From an uncultured bacterium (GTDB lineage Bacteria; JAGOEH01), in assembly GCA_964632485.1 (NCBI GenBank), contig CAZWDO010000016.1, forward strand, positions 1 through 64,000: a DNA stretch of 64,000 bases, in the 5' to 3' direction. The translations under genes were made by a program, and so were the position numbers. Positions 37,801 through 47,844 of this stretch are shown here, in pieces (the first letter of the stretch is position 1; each line of letters begins with the position of its first letter). A model generated the notes under the pieces. The model made no database searches, was not told the DNA's origin, and worked only from the letters and a program-made list of their open reading frames with translations.

Positions 37801-40209
37801 TTAGAAACTAAAATCCACTGTAAGATTGATGGTGCGGGGAAGCAGATGGTTTTTAATCGGAATGACACGGCCTTCCATATCGGCAACATATTGGTAGAAT
37901 TGGACATTCTGACGGTCGAAAATATTGATGAATTGGATTGAAAAAGTGAGTGTCGAGCCGCTTTTAAGAATAATGTCGCGGTAAATTCCGATATCTAACC
38001 GGAAATAAAAGGGGAAATGATCACTCAGTCGTTTATTGTCAGTTAAATACCAGATATTCCGCTGTGAGTCAAAAGTCTTTTTTTTATAAAAATTGGAAAT
38101 GCCTGAACCCAACAGGAGTTTAAGTGTCGTGCGCCATTCTGGATGATTCTTGATCTGGTCCTGAGCAAAAAAAGTAAGGGTATGATTTTGTTCGGAAGGC
38201 CGGGGTAAAAATCCCAATCCGTCACCATTAATATTCTCACGGGTGATGAGATAACTGTAAGTAATCCATGAATAGAGACTATCGACCAGATTCCCCCCCA
38301 TATAGAGGTCAAAACCGGTGGCGTATCCGCGCGCATTGTTTTGGCCGGTATAAACCAACTGCATGTCATTTAGATAATACGGGATTAAATTGTATTGGTC
38401 TTTATAGAAGAATTCAATTTTTATAATGCGCCGCGCCGATGACATGGTTTTAAACCCCCCGATATATTCGATCGATTTTTGGGATTTAAGTTTTTTGATG
38501 CGATCAAGATCAAAGGGGAATCCGGCTTCGCGATAGGTGGGGGGTTGCGCGTGGAAGCCTACACTGGTATAGAGGGTCAACCCGTTTGAAAGAGTAATTT
38601 CGGTTTTAAGGCGAGGCTGAAGAATATTTTCCCGGTTGATGAATGAATAGAAGTACCGCAGCCCGAGTGTAATTTTAAGTTGTTGCCATAACGCATGGCT
38701 ATAGGCGCCATAAAGGGCAATCTTATTGGTATTCAAGGTAAAATAATCGCTAAATTCGTATTGTTCGGTTAACTCAATCCGCTGATCGTAGTCATGATTG
38801 CTTTCCTCAATGTTGTCCGTTACCTGGTCAAGACTGAGTTCAAAACCTAACTTGAAAGCTTGCCGCCAGTTCCAGTCGCTGTGATACTGCCATTGGGAAT
38901 ATCGAAATTGATTGTGAATAATATGATGATTACGCGCATCATATTCCATTGTGTCCGTATCGATTTCCCCGGAATCTCTGACGGGCGCGATACTTTGTGT
39001 CAGCGAATCGAAGAAATTTTCGGTGATTTCATAACGTGTAACAATATCGCTATTCATTTTTTCCTGGCTGATATAGCGGTTCAGTGTATGCCGCCATTGC
39101 CATTCTTTGTGGGTAGGGCGCCAATTAAGTTCAATACTTTGCACAAAGGTGTTGAATTTGGTCTCTTCGGAACCGGCGAAATCAAAATAGACGGTACGGA
39201 AATTGAAGAGATAGGTATCCTGGAAAACAACCCATTTGGATTCGGGAGCCAGATAAAAAGAGCGCCAATTGTTGATCGTAATAAAATTCAACTGCAGAGC
39301 GGAACTGGGTTGGTAGTTCAGGCTCAGTTGGAAATCATAGAGGTCCGGCGTGTATTGCCCTTTCAGCTTATTTCCATTAAAAAAATGAGTCAGCCGATTG
39401 CGCCTGAAGCCGGCAATTAAATGCAGCCGTCGATCAATCTGACTATTGAGCACCCCGTTAAAATCCATCAAACTGGCGTGTATGTATCCTCCAATCGCTT
39501 TTTCAATCTGGTCAAAATATTGGATGTTCAGTACTGAAGACAATTTATCGCCATAACTGACGTCCATGCCGCCTGAACTGAAATTGAATTCTTTGACCAT
39601 ATAGGGATTTGGCAAGCCAGCGTTTTCCTGAATCGCTTTACGTAAGATAAATGGTTGCGTAATTTCAATCTGGTTGATATAGATCAGATTTTCATTAAAA
39701 TTTCCACCCCGGACCCAGTAGCTATTCGATAGTTCATTATTGGAAATGACGCCGGGTAAAACTTTGACTATATGGTAGATATTGGAATAGGCGAATGGCA
39801 TGCGTGTATGAAGTTCAGCCGTAAGCCGGTAACCGTCGGCGCTAATGACCGGGTCCTGCGATCGGGATATCTCCACCGGCGCCATATCGAAGGTCTTTGG
39901 CTGTAGATACACCGTGTCCGGCATCTGATCTGACAATTCCAGTTTCAACTCCTCGAAGGCAATATGAGCAAAAGTGCAGATTCCCCTGTATTCGGAAACT
40001 TTGAAACGGCCCAATGAATCCGATAGAATCGTTTTTTCTTGAGTTTTAATATGAACGCTGGGAATCGGCTCACTGGAATATCGGTCGCACACAATTGCCT
40101 GCCAGGCACTTATACGTTGAAATGCTATTATTATATAAATAATTATTTGTATTAATCGCCAATTGTTTGAAAACAAAACCAACTCCTTAAAGTTAGATTT
40201 TTTAACCAC
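37801..40209 (-). CDS. TonB-dependent receptor
   Basis: N-terminal carboxypeptidase-regulatory-like domain, plug LPGV...VRGG...EN..YINQ.E, YGDKLSSVL, C-terminal NIFDRQN...PRTINLTVDFSF ending in Phe; exact start uncertain. Confidence 0.88.
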   Translation of the reverse strand: MVKKSNFKELVLFSNNWRLIQIIIYIIIAFQRISAWQAIVCDRYSSEPIPSVHIKTQEKTILSDSLGRFKVSEYRGICTFAHIAFEELKLELSDQMPDTVYLQPKTFDMAPVEISRSQDPVISADGYRLTAELHTRMPFAYSNIYHIVKVLPGVISNNELSNSYWVRGGNFNENLIYINQIEITQPFILRKAIQENAGLPNPYMVKEFNFSSGGMDVSYGDKLSSVLNIQYFDQIEKAIGGYIHASLMDFNGVLNSQIDRRLHLIAGFRRNRLTHFFNGNKLKGQYTPDLYDFQLSLNYQPSSALQLNFITINNWRSFYLAPESKWVVFQDTYLFNFRTVYFDFAGSEETKFNTFVQSIELNWRPTHKEWQWRHTLNRYISQEKMNSDIVTRYEITENFFDSLTQSIAPVRDSGEIDTDTMEYDARNHHIIHNQFRYSQWQYHSDWNWRQAFKLGFELSLDQVTDNIEESNHDYDQRIELTEQYEFSDYFTLNTNKIALYGAYSHALWQQLKITLGLRYFYSFINRENILQPRLKTEITLSNGLTLYTSVGFHAQPPTYREAGFPFDLDRIKKLKSQKSIEYIGGFKTMSSARRIIKIEFFYKDQYNLIPYYLNDMQLVYTGQNNARGYATGFDLYMGGNLVDSLYSWITYSYLITRENINGDGLGFLPRPSEQNHTLTFFAQDQIKNHPEWRTTLKLLLGSGISNFYKKKTFDSQRNIWYLTDNKRLSDHFPFYFRLDIGIYRDIILKSGSTLTFSIQFINIFDRQNVQFYQYVADMEGRVIPIKNHLLPRTINLTVDFSF

Positions 40210-40398
40210 CGTCTATCCATATATCAACACTTGAAAAATGGATATTCGCGCGGTTTCTTCATCACTTTACATTTTGACTACCTAAAAATGATATATTATA
40301 CCATTGTCCGGTTACAAAGATGCAAAAATGATACCTTTTTTCAAAGGTTTTGTAACAAACTAACTGGATTCGCTAGATATCTCCATGTCTGGGGTTGA

Positions 40399-40471
40399 TG
40401 AGGGTAGAAGGATTCGAACCTTCGACCAACAGCTTAAAAGGCTGCTGCTCTACCGTCTGAGCTATACCCCC
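40399..40471 (-). tRNA. tRNA-Lys (anticodon TTT), CCA not encoded
   Basis: GGGGGTATAGCTCAGACGGTAGAGCAGCAGCCTTTTAAGCTGTTGGTCGAAGGTTCGAATCCTTCTACCCTCA; upstream TTGACT-N17-TATATT at 40486-40514. Confidence 0.95.
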
Positions 40472-40522
40472 ACTTTGGTTCAAACAATATACATTTTTTT
40501 CATAAAAAAGTCAATACTTTTT

Positions 40523-40990
40523 TTAGGACTCGGAATTTTTTTTCAATTTTGGGTACTTGAGAACAAAAACCGAGCGGTTGGATTTGCGAACCACTTTTTC
40601 AGTAACAGATCCCAGTAGCGCGAATATGGAAAATGTATGGCCATGGGAACCCATAACAATCAAATCGACATCTTCTTCAATTTCTGTTTGCAGGATTTCC
40701 TCAAAGGGGTTGCCTTCATTGATGCGGAATCGAATCGCCGGATACTCTTTGTAGGTTTCGATTAAATTAGCCAATCGTTTTTGCACAACTTCCCGAATTT
40801 CATCGATTTTTTCATAGTACAAGATCGGCGCGAGATTGTTTCCATAAGCGTCATAGGCATGATGAATTTCGATGACATGAAGGATGATAAGCTCTGCATT
40901 ATGTTGGCGGGCATATTCGACTGTATCTTGTAACGCCTTTTCAGAATAGATGGAAAAATCGGTGGGGAAGAGAATTTTGCTGATTTTCAT
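40523..40990 (-). CDS. universal stress protein (UspA family)
   Basis: KILFPTDFS, DLIVMGSHG, LLGSVTEKVVR. Confidence 0.93.
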   Translation of the reverse strand: MKISKILFPTDFSIYSEKALQDTVEYARQHNAELIILHVIEIHHAYDAYGNNLAPILYYEKIDEIREVVQKRLANLIETYKEYPAIRFRINEGNPFEEILQTEIEEDVDLIVMGSHGHTFSIFALLGSVTEKVVRKSNRSVFVLKYPKLKKNSES

Positions 40991-42120
40991 GATAGACCCT
41001 CCATTTTTTTTAAAACAATCGTTTTGACGTAGGGAGAAGTCGATAAAGCGAGCAGCGCGCCATAACCGGGTATGAAACGGAGGATGGAACCAACAGCCAG
41101 GGGAGTTTTGCTATCGGAAACATCGACAATCAGGTGGTCTGAGCTGGCGCCGAGAAGGATATGCCCCGGATCGCAGGGTATCAGGTCTTCAAATTTCACA
41201 TCTTGCCGCCCCAAAGCCAGGATTGCCCGTTGGCGGATCCCGCGATCCACAAATCCGGTGTTTTCTCCAAATGCGTTTTGACCCGTATTGCCTAAAGGAA
41301 TCGAAGGTTTTTCCCGGAGTTCGATGATTTCTGATTCGCAATACACGGCATCCTGGTGTGTGCCGGGCAAGTTACTGCGGTCAATCACATTTTTACCCAG
41401 GATAATGCTTTCCCCTAAACGGAAAGAGTTAATGCCCTGCGGCATCTGCTGACGGATCAGTAGGGGAACAGCGCTTGAATTGCCGCCGGAAACGATCTCA
41501 AATTGGGTGTCAAGTTCTTCCTCCAGCCAGGATTTCAGTTCAGCAAAATTGCTCATATTTTCCTGGTCAGGAATGACCCCCCCATAACAGGCGAGATTCA
41601 AACCGATCCCCATGATTTTTAAATGGGGGAGAGCTAGCGCTTCACGGAAAAAAACCAGAATATCGTTCCAGTTTTCCCGGCTTCCACTCCAAAGTCCTTC
41701 ACGCAGGTCTCCCATGTCAACCATAATAATTGCCTGGTGGATTTTATTCTGCGCTTCGGCAGCGCAATTCAATGCCCGGAGTGTCGTCATTTCCGAATTA
41801 AGGCTGATATCGGCGCCGGCTACTACCTCTTCGCACTCACTGAGGGCTGGCAGCCGTAACAGCAAGAGTGGGGGGTTCAGCTCCGGGGTAGATTGAGTTA
41901 GGTAATCGCGTATGCGGGCCAGGTTGTCGATGCGTGAATCGGCAATGCCCAGGCATCCATTTCGCAGCATCGTGGCTGCAACTAAAGGGTGGCCGCAAAG
42001 TACTTTTGTTACTCCGAATATATGGGCATTATGATTTTTTTTCGCCCAAGCGCATAATTGACGGGTATTAAACGCAATTTTTTCCAAATCGATAATCAAA
42101 CGTGGATATTCTCTTTTCAT
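40987..42120 (-). CDS. orr: ornithine racemase (PLP, alanine-racemase fold)
   Basis: GVTKVLCG, ADSRI.N, MVDMGDLREG, NLACYGG, SGGNSS, GASSDH; near the ornithine cluster. Confidence 0.85.
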   Translation of the reverse strand: MKREYPRLIIDLEKIAFNTRQLCAWAKKNHNAHIFGVTKVLCGHPLVAATMLRNGCLGIADSRIDNLARIRDYLTQSTPELNPPLLLLRLPALSECEEVVAGADISLNSEMTTLRALNCAAEAQNKIHQAIIMVDMGDLREGLWSGSRENWNDILVFFREALALPHLKIMGIGLNLACYGGVIPDQENMSNFAELKSWLEEELDTQFEIVSGGNSSAVPLLIRQQMPQGINSFRLGESIILGKNVIDRSNLPGTHQDAVYCESEIIELREKPSIPLGNTGQNAFGENTGFVDRGIRQRAILALGRQDVKFEDLIPCDPGHILLGASSDHLIVDVSDSKTPLAVGSILRFIPGYGALLALSTSPYVKTIVLKKMEGLS

Positions 42121-42125
42121 CGCTT

Positions 42126-42500
42126 TTATTCTGCTTCCTCATCCTTGATTTGGATATCGATCTGCCATTCTTCTTTCAACCAGGTTAAAAGCTCTTGTTC
42201 CATGGGTTCGCTAATACTTAAATCGGACAATGATTCTTCATAGACAGTAGCAAAAATTAAATTCCTGGCTTCTTGTCGCGTGATGGTTTTCAAATGATTA
42301 ATCAGGTCCATCGGTTCCTGAAATTTATTGTCCGCCTCAACCATCAACGTCTTGTATTCGTCTTCCCCATCCAACATTTTAACCAGAGAGTCCACTTCGT
42401 CGATTTCTTTGCCTTTCAGCATACCATCGGCCATCAAAATGGCATTGGATAATCCGGTCAGCGCTAATTTTTCATCATAATTCAGTTCTTTCAGTTGCAT
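42126..42500 (-). CDS. TerB-like small acidic protein
   Basis: 'MADG.L..KE' and 'SD.SISE..EQELL..L...W' TerB-type helical repeats. Confidence 0.55.
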   Translation of the reverse strand: MQLKELNYDEKLALTGLSNAILMADGMLKGKEIDEVDSLVKMLDGEDEYKTLMVEADNKFQEPMDLINHLKTITRQEARNLIFATVYEESLSDLSISEPMEQELLTWLKEEWQIDIQIKDEEAE

Positions 42501-45500
42501 GAGTTTCCTCCTGTAAAGTGGATATTTTGTCGATAGGGAGAATCACTTCGAATGTTGATCCTACACCTTTTTGGCTCTGAACGTGAATTTCTCCTTTATG
42601 TAATTCAATGATACGCTTGCAGATAGCAAGGCCAAGCCCGTTGCTGGCTTCGCCTTCAGTCGGCTTTGAACTGAGTTTTTTGAAACTTTGGAACAAATAC
42701 TGCTGCTCGTCGATACTGATACCCTGGCCATTATCCGTAACCCCGATAATAATTTCCTGTTTGTCTTGTTTGCAAAAAAGAGTGATTTGTCCTTGCGGAT
42801 AGGTAAACTTAATGGCATTGCTGATGATATTATCGATGACCTGTTCGATGCGGTTTCGATCGATCCATAGTTCCGGCAACAATTCAGGGATTTGGAGTTG
42901 GAAATGGATTTGTTTATTGTTGGCCAGTGGAGTGTACAGTTCAGTGATCTCCTTGAGTATGGGGAGCAGGGATTCATGCTGTATTTGGATCGTCATTTTC
43001 CCGGCTTCAATAGCGGATATGTCGGTTAAATCATTGATTAATCTTAACATGCGGTTTCCCACATTTAAAACCTGTTCCAAATTTTTTTGGATTTTTGAAT
43101 CCTGGTATGTCCCCTCAAAACTTTGCTTTATCAAGCGAATGTATCCAATAATTCCGCTGAGCGGATTACGTAGATCATGAGCTGTAATACCTAAAATTGC
43201 ATTTTTCTGTTTGACTAATTGTAACAGCTCGTCCAGCATTTTGGCTTTAATAAACGCAGAGAGAATATTTTCCTGGAGTGAATCGAAGATATCGATTTCC
43301 TGGGGGGTGAACGAACCGTTTCGGGCCTGCCGACCAAAAATCAAATAGCCATGCAAATGGTTCTCTGCGCAAATCGGCATGATGATATAAGCTTGAGGGC
43401 ATTCTTTTTCAGGAAGTTCAAGAGGCTGCCAGCATTCGGCTGATGCCAGATTGCTATAATAATTTTTTTTAAGCTGGATGTTGTTTTCTGGAATAAGAGT
43501 TCCGATCCATGAGCGATCAACGCGGACAGGTTTAAATAATGAATTGTGGGCATACATGCGCGCCAGATACCGTTTTTTTTCGTCAGGTTCCACCACTGCT
43601 ATGATCAAATCGATAACCAGCAGGTGTTCAATGTGCTTGAAGATAAACTGCAAGAGATTATCAAAGCTGAGTTCATTGTTCATTTGGCTTACAAAATGAT
43701 GGATTTCCTGCAGAAGGTTTGTTTTTTCCTGTAATTGATATGTTTTTTGCGCGACTAATTTTTCCAGCTCTTGCTTGTTTTTTTTAATTGCGACAAAGCG
43801 TCTGTAAATAATCAATCCTGCTAAAAGAGAAACGAAGAGCATAAATGCCAGTTGGATATCTTTTCGTTTCCAGAATGGTGGGACGATGATCAGTTCAATT
43901 CGAGCGGGATGGGGATTCCAAATCCCATCGGCATTCGATCCGATCACTTCAAAGGTATAAGTGCCCGCATTAAGGTTAGTATAGCTGGCATAGTGTCGCG
44001 TTCCGCTTTTTCGCCATTGATTATCGAAGTTTACTAATCGATAGGCATACTGATTTTTTGAGGGCGCGGAAAAATCAAGTGCAGAAAATTCAAATGCTAT
44101 AAAATTGGATGAGTAAGACAATTCAATTTTTTCTACCTCCCACATCGGTTTGTCAAATTTCACGATTTCATCGAACATTTTAAAAGCGGTGATTTGAATG
44201 GGTGGGACATAGGACGATCGCATGAGCGAGTCCGGGTAAAAGCTCGTTAAGCCATTCATGGAGCCAAAATAAAAATTACCTTTATGCCCTTTGAAGCAGG
44301 ATGCCTGGTTGAACTCCATTTCAGGTAATCCGTTGTAAATGTCGTAATTGGTAAAATAATTGCTATCCGGTTCAAACGATGAGATGCCACTGTTAGTACT
44401 CAACCATAATCGGCCCGAATCATCTTCGATGATGCTATAGATCACATTGTTCGGCAAACCGTTTTTAATCGTGTAAATTTTAAAGGTCTCTTTTTCGCGA
44501 TCAAAGCAATTCAATCCATCATTCGTACCGACCCAGAATCGCTGTTTGGAATCTTCATAGATATAGCGTACCAGGTTGTTACTCAGTGATGTTGTGTCTC
44601 CGGGAATATTGGAATATCTTCGATAGCGATATGTTTTATAATCAAAGGCAATCAAACCCAGATCGGTGCCGAACCAGCTATCACCCCGAGAATCGATCAT
44701 CATTCTTCGAAAACTGTTTTGCTTAAGAGCTTCCGGGGTTTTAGGGTCATAGGAATTTAAATAGGAAGTCAATCGGTTTTCACGGCGTTGCCAATGCGTG
44801 ATTCCCTGGAGGGTCATTAACCACAGATCGTGTTCCGCATCTTCGTAAATACTCCAAATATGATTGTCACTCAATGAATAGCGGTTTCCACTTTCATGGT
44901 AGGAGCATTCAAAGTTATCTTTCGTCGGATTGTAGCGGTTGAGTCCATTCGCCGTGGCGATCCATATTACTCCCTGTGAGTCTTCGAAAATAGACCAGAT
45001 GTGGTTGTCTGAAAGTGAATGAGGGTCATTAAAATCTGTAGTATAATGCATATAAGTACCGCTATGCAAATCAATTCGGTTAAGACCGTAACCATTGGTT
45101 CCTACCCATAAATAACCGCGGCTGTCTTCGCAAATTCCAAAGACATTGTTATCGGACAAGCTATTTAAATCCAGGGGCGAATGCTGATAATTGGTGAAAT
45201 TTCGATGGTTGAACTTAAGAATGCTTATCCCTCTGTTCATTGTGCCGATCCAGATATTTCGGCTATTATCGATATAGAGTGAATTGACTTTATTTTCACT
45301 CAGGCTTTGAGACTGAAAATTGATTTTTTTGTATTGCGTAAGTTTATGTAAATTAGGTTGATAGTAATAGAGGCCGCTTTCCCATGTACCAATATAGAGA
45401 TTATTTAAACTATCCTGCGCGATCGCTGTTATGCTTTCCTGGTCTAATACCTGGCATGCCGGATCATATTGAGAAACAGGAATAAATGTGGCGCTCAGGG

Positions 45501-46236
45501 AATTGCGGATGAATAACCCATTTTCTGTTCCGCACCAAATATTATGCTGTGTGTCTTCGAGTAAACCCCAAACGATAGTGTTGGTTAATTTATATTTCTG
45601 AAAAATATCGCGCTCTCTGTCGTAACTAAAAAGACCAAATACTGTTCCCAGCCAAATTGTGTTTTCCCTGTCTTCAATGATTACCAGAACCGACTTGGCT
45701 GATGTCTGTTTCTGAGTAGAAGTGATGTTTTTATGTGTGACGCGTTCACTGACAGGATCATAGATGTCCAATCCATTCTGCGTGCCGAACCAGACATGAC
45801 CCGTATGGTCTTCATATATGGCCCAGGTTGTGTTGCTGGAAATCTTGTAGGTAGAGTGGCTGCTGGTGAATTGAGTTATTTGATCAGTGGTAAGATCAAT
45901 GCGGTTGATTCCGCCATAATTTGTCGCGACCCATAAGTTGTGTTTACTGTCGGTGGTTATAAAACGGATATGATTATCCGATAATGAATTAGGATTGTTT
46001 AATTCCTTGCGGTAAACGGTAAATGTATATCCGTCGTAACGGTTTAGGCCATCTTGCGTGCCGATCCATAGAAATCCGTTTTGATCCTGAATCATGGCGG
46101 AGATCGAATTTTGGGATAATCCCTGGGCGGATGTGAGATGATCAAAGTGTTGGTTTTTTATCAGTTGGGGAGATTCTGCGCAAACCCGGGAAATCCAAAC
46201 AAGAGAAAGTATGATCCAAAGATACGCTTGATTCAT
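42475..46236 (-). CDS. membrane sensor histidine kinase: beta-propeller repeats, Y_Y_Y, TM, GAF, HisKA, HATPase
   Basis: repeated LS.N.I..I.ED..G.LW.GT..GL; YAYRL..FD..W; TAHDLRNPL; NIISNAIKF, DNGQG, GLGLAIC; no receiver domain. Confidence 0.92.
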   Translation of the reverse strand: MNQAYLWIILSLVWISRVCAESPQLIKNQHFDHLTSAQGLSQNSISAMIQDQNGFLWIGTQDGLNRYDGYTFTVYRKELNNPNSLSDNHIRFITTDSKHNLWVATNYGGINRIDLTTDQITQFTSSHSTYKISSNTTWAIYEDHTGHVWFGTQNGLDIYDPVSERVTHKNITSTQKQTSAKSVLVIIEDRENTIWLGTVFGLFSYDRERDIFQKYKLTNTIVWGLLEDTQHNIWCGTENGLFIRNSLSATFIPVSQYDPACQVLDQESITAIAQDSLNNLYIGTWESGLYYYQPNLHKLTQYKKINFQSQSLSENKVNSLYIDNSRNIWIGTMNRGISILKFNHRNFTNYQHSPLDLNSLSDNNVFGICEDSRGYLWVGTNGYGLNRIDLHSGTYMHYTTDFNDPHSLSDNHIWSIFEDSQGVIWIATANGLNRYNPTKDNFECSYHESGNRYSLSDNHIWSIYEDAEHDLWLMTLQGITHWQRRENRLTSYLNSYDPKTPEALKQNSFRRMMIDSRGDSWFGTDLGLIAFDYKTYRYRRYSNIPGDTTSLSNNLVRYIYEDSKQRFWVGTNDGLNCFDREKETFKIYTIKNGLPNNVIYSIIEDDSGRLWLSTNSGISSFEPDSNYFTNYDIYNGLPEMEFNQASCFKGHKGNFYFGSMNGLTSFYPDSLMRSSYVPPIQITAFKMFDEIVKFDKPMWEVEKIELSYSSNFIAFEFSALDFSAPSKNQYAYRLVNFDNQWRKSGTRHYASYTNLNAGTYTFEVIGSNADGIWNPHPARIELIIVPPFWKRKDIQLAFMLFVSLLAGLIIYRRFVAIKKNKQELEKLVAQKTYQLQEKTNLLQEIHHFVSQMNNELSFDNLLQFIFKHIEHLLVIDLIIAVVEPDEKKRYLARMYAHNSLFKPVRVDRSWIGTLIPENNIQLKKNYYSNLASAECWQPLELPEKECPQAYIIMPICAENHLHGYLIFGRQARNGSFTPQEIDIFDSLQENILSAFIKAKMLDELLQLVKQKNAILGITAHDLRNPLSGIIGYIRLIKQSFEGTYQDSKIQKNLEQVLNVGNRMLRLINDLTDISAIEAGKMTIQIQHESLLPILKEITELYTPLANNKQIHFQLQIPELLPELWIDRNRIEQVIDNIISNAIKFTYPQGQITLFCKQDKQEIIIGVTDNGQGISIDEQQYLFQSFKKLSSKPTEGEASNGLGLAICKRIIELHKGEIHVQSQKGVGSTFEVILPIDKISTLQEETHATERTEL

Positions 46237-46491
46237 TGTTTTCCTTGTTTATTATTTAATGCCTGGCCCGTGGCATCCAATCGCGCTTTAAATAGAGGGA
46301 CTGTTGTCGGGATATCCCTCGCTAATCCGCTCGTCAAATATCAATTATATTTGATGCGGAATTTCAGATTGATCCGCAAGACGCTTCCGTTGGGCAAAGA
46401 GCGAGACATCGGTTAAAATCATGAAAATAGTGCCAAACGATCATCTACAGTATAAATATAAAAGGATTTATTTAAATGTCAAGAAATAAAT

Positions 46492-47844
46492 TTAATAAAA
46501 TCCAATGCTTTTTTTTGCCAGTTTGCAGGCAATATCCGGCGCATAATCAATCAGTGTGCCGCAACTGCTGAAAATATAGCGCTGATCGATATAGGTCTGA
46601 GCCGTCGGGGGGGGGAGGGCGATTTTCCGGGCATTTTTCGATTTTACCTCTTCCAGTATTTCCTTCCCTTTTTCCAGGCGAGTTAGGGCGCCTCCGGTGC
46701 CGATGATGTGCTTGATTGCCGTTAAATCTTTTCCGGATAGTGTTTTGTTAGTGTCGCTTAATGAAATATTTGTTGCGAATCGGCCCGCATGACGGCGGAC
46801 TGCGATGCGGACTGCTTTTTCAGTCAGGCTTCTTGAAAGGTAAATTTCATTTTCTGAAGACGGCATCGGTTTTAATAATGTCAGATCGTAGGGATTTGTG
46901 TCATAGGGATTGGATTCGTCGAAGATGGTTTTCACGTTTTCCGCATTGATATAAACACCCAGATCACCTTCTACCGTACGCTTTGAGCGAGGTTCTGGCG
47001 AAGCCAGGAAACGAATGTTTGCGGGTTCTCCTTCGGTCACGCTATGAATGTCGGTAGTTGCACCCCCTACGTCAATGACCAGTATATCATCCATATCGCT
47101 TTCCGCTAAAGCTTCCGTGATTCTTAAAACAGCAAGAGGAGTAGGAATAATCGGGCTGATTATTGTTTCCTGCAGGCGACTCATGCCTTTGGCATGGATA
47201 ATATGCTCCTGGAATATTTTTTGGATGATATGCCGGGCCGGTAGAATATTGAACTGGTCAACTGCCGGGAATACATTATCGGCAATATAAAGTTTGAATT
47301 GAGTGGAGGAAAAAATTGCCCGGATTTCATCTGCAAGAATGCAATTTCCGGCGTATAACAGCGGTATTGGGAGATTGAGTTTCTTGAGTTGTTCGGCATT
47401 CTGAAGCGTAATATCACTTTCGCCGTAATCAACTCCCCCGGAAAGCAGCAGCAAATTGGGTTGCGTTTTTTCGATTTGCTTTAAATCGCGGTCAGTAATT
47501 TTTCCAGCGGTCAGATATCGGACAACCGCCCCGGCGCCGAGGCTGGCTTCTTTGGCCGCTCGAGCGGTCATATCCTTAGTCAATCCGTGAACCGTCATTT
47601 TAAGTCCCCCGGCCGCCGATGAATTTGCTAATCTCTGGCCAATGGTGAGTTGCCGGCCTAAGCGCTGATGCAGGTCTTCAACCGCCAAGTTTACGCCCAG
47701 CATGATATCAGTATCTACCGTTGTCAAAGAGGAACCCTGTCCTAAATGACAGGGTTCACTTTGATCAAATCCGCCAAACGCGTTGACCTTTGTAATTGTG
47801 GAACCGATTTCGATGACCAGTATATCGACGGTTAATTTACTCAT
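46492..47844 (-). CDS. GlmL/MutL-like reactivating factor of ornithine aminomutase
   Basis: EIGSTITK, SSAAGGL, GGVDYG, DVGGATTDIHS, RTVEGDLG; directly after oraE. Confidence 0.88.
   Translation of the reverse strand: MSKLTVDILVIEIGSTITKVNAFGGFDQSEPCHLGQGSSLTTVDTDIMLGVNLAVEDLHQRLGRQLTIGQRLANSSAAGGLKMTVHGLTKDMTARAAKEASLGAGAVVRYLTAGKITDRDLKQIEKTQPNLLLLSGGVDYGESDITLQNAEQLKKLNLPIPLLYAGNCILADEIRAIFSSTQFKLYIADNVFPAVDQFNILPARHIIQKIFQEHIIHAKGMSRLQETIISPIIPTPLAVLRITEALAESDMDDILVIDVGGATTDIHSVTEGEPANIRFLASPEPRSKRTVEGDLGVYINAENVKTIFDESNPYDTNPYDLTLLKPMPSSENEIYLSRSLTEKAVRIAVRRHAGRFATNISLSDTNKTLSGKDLTAIKHIIGTGGALTRLEKGKEILEEVKSKNARKIALPPPTAQTYIDQRYIFSSCGTLIDYAPDIACKLAKKSIGFY

Noticed and set aside
38860-39420. 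186-aa plus-strand ORF and similar antisense ORFs (e.g. 52359-52889, 3019-3459)
   Set aside because: Shadow frames of well-supported genes, with no recognisable motifs.
23122-40471. Integrative mobile element anchored at tRNA-Lys
   Set aside because: No integrase or transposase gene, and I did not see a duplicated tRNA 3' end (att repeat).
40385-40618. 77-aa plus-strand ORF
   Set aside because: Antisense to tRNA-Lys and usp; spurious.
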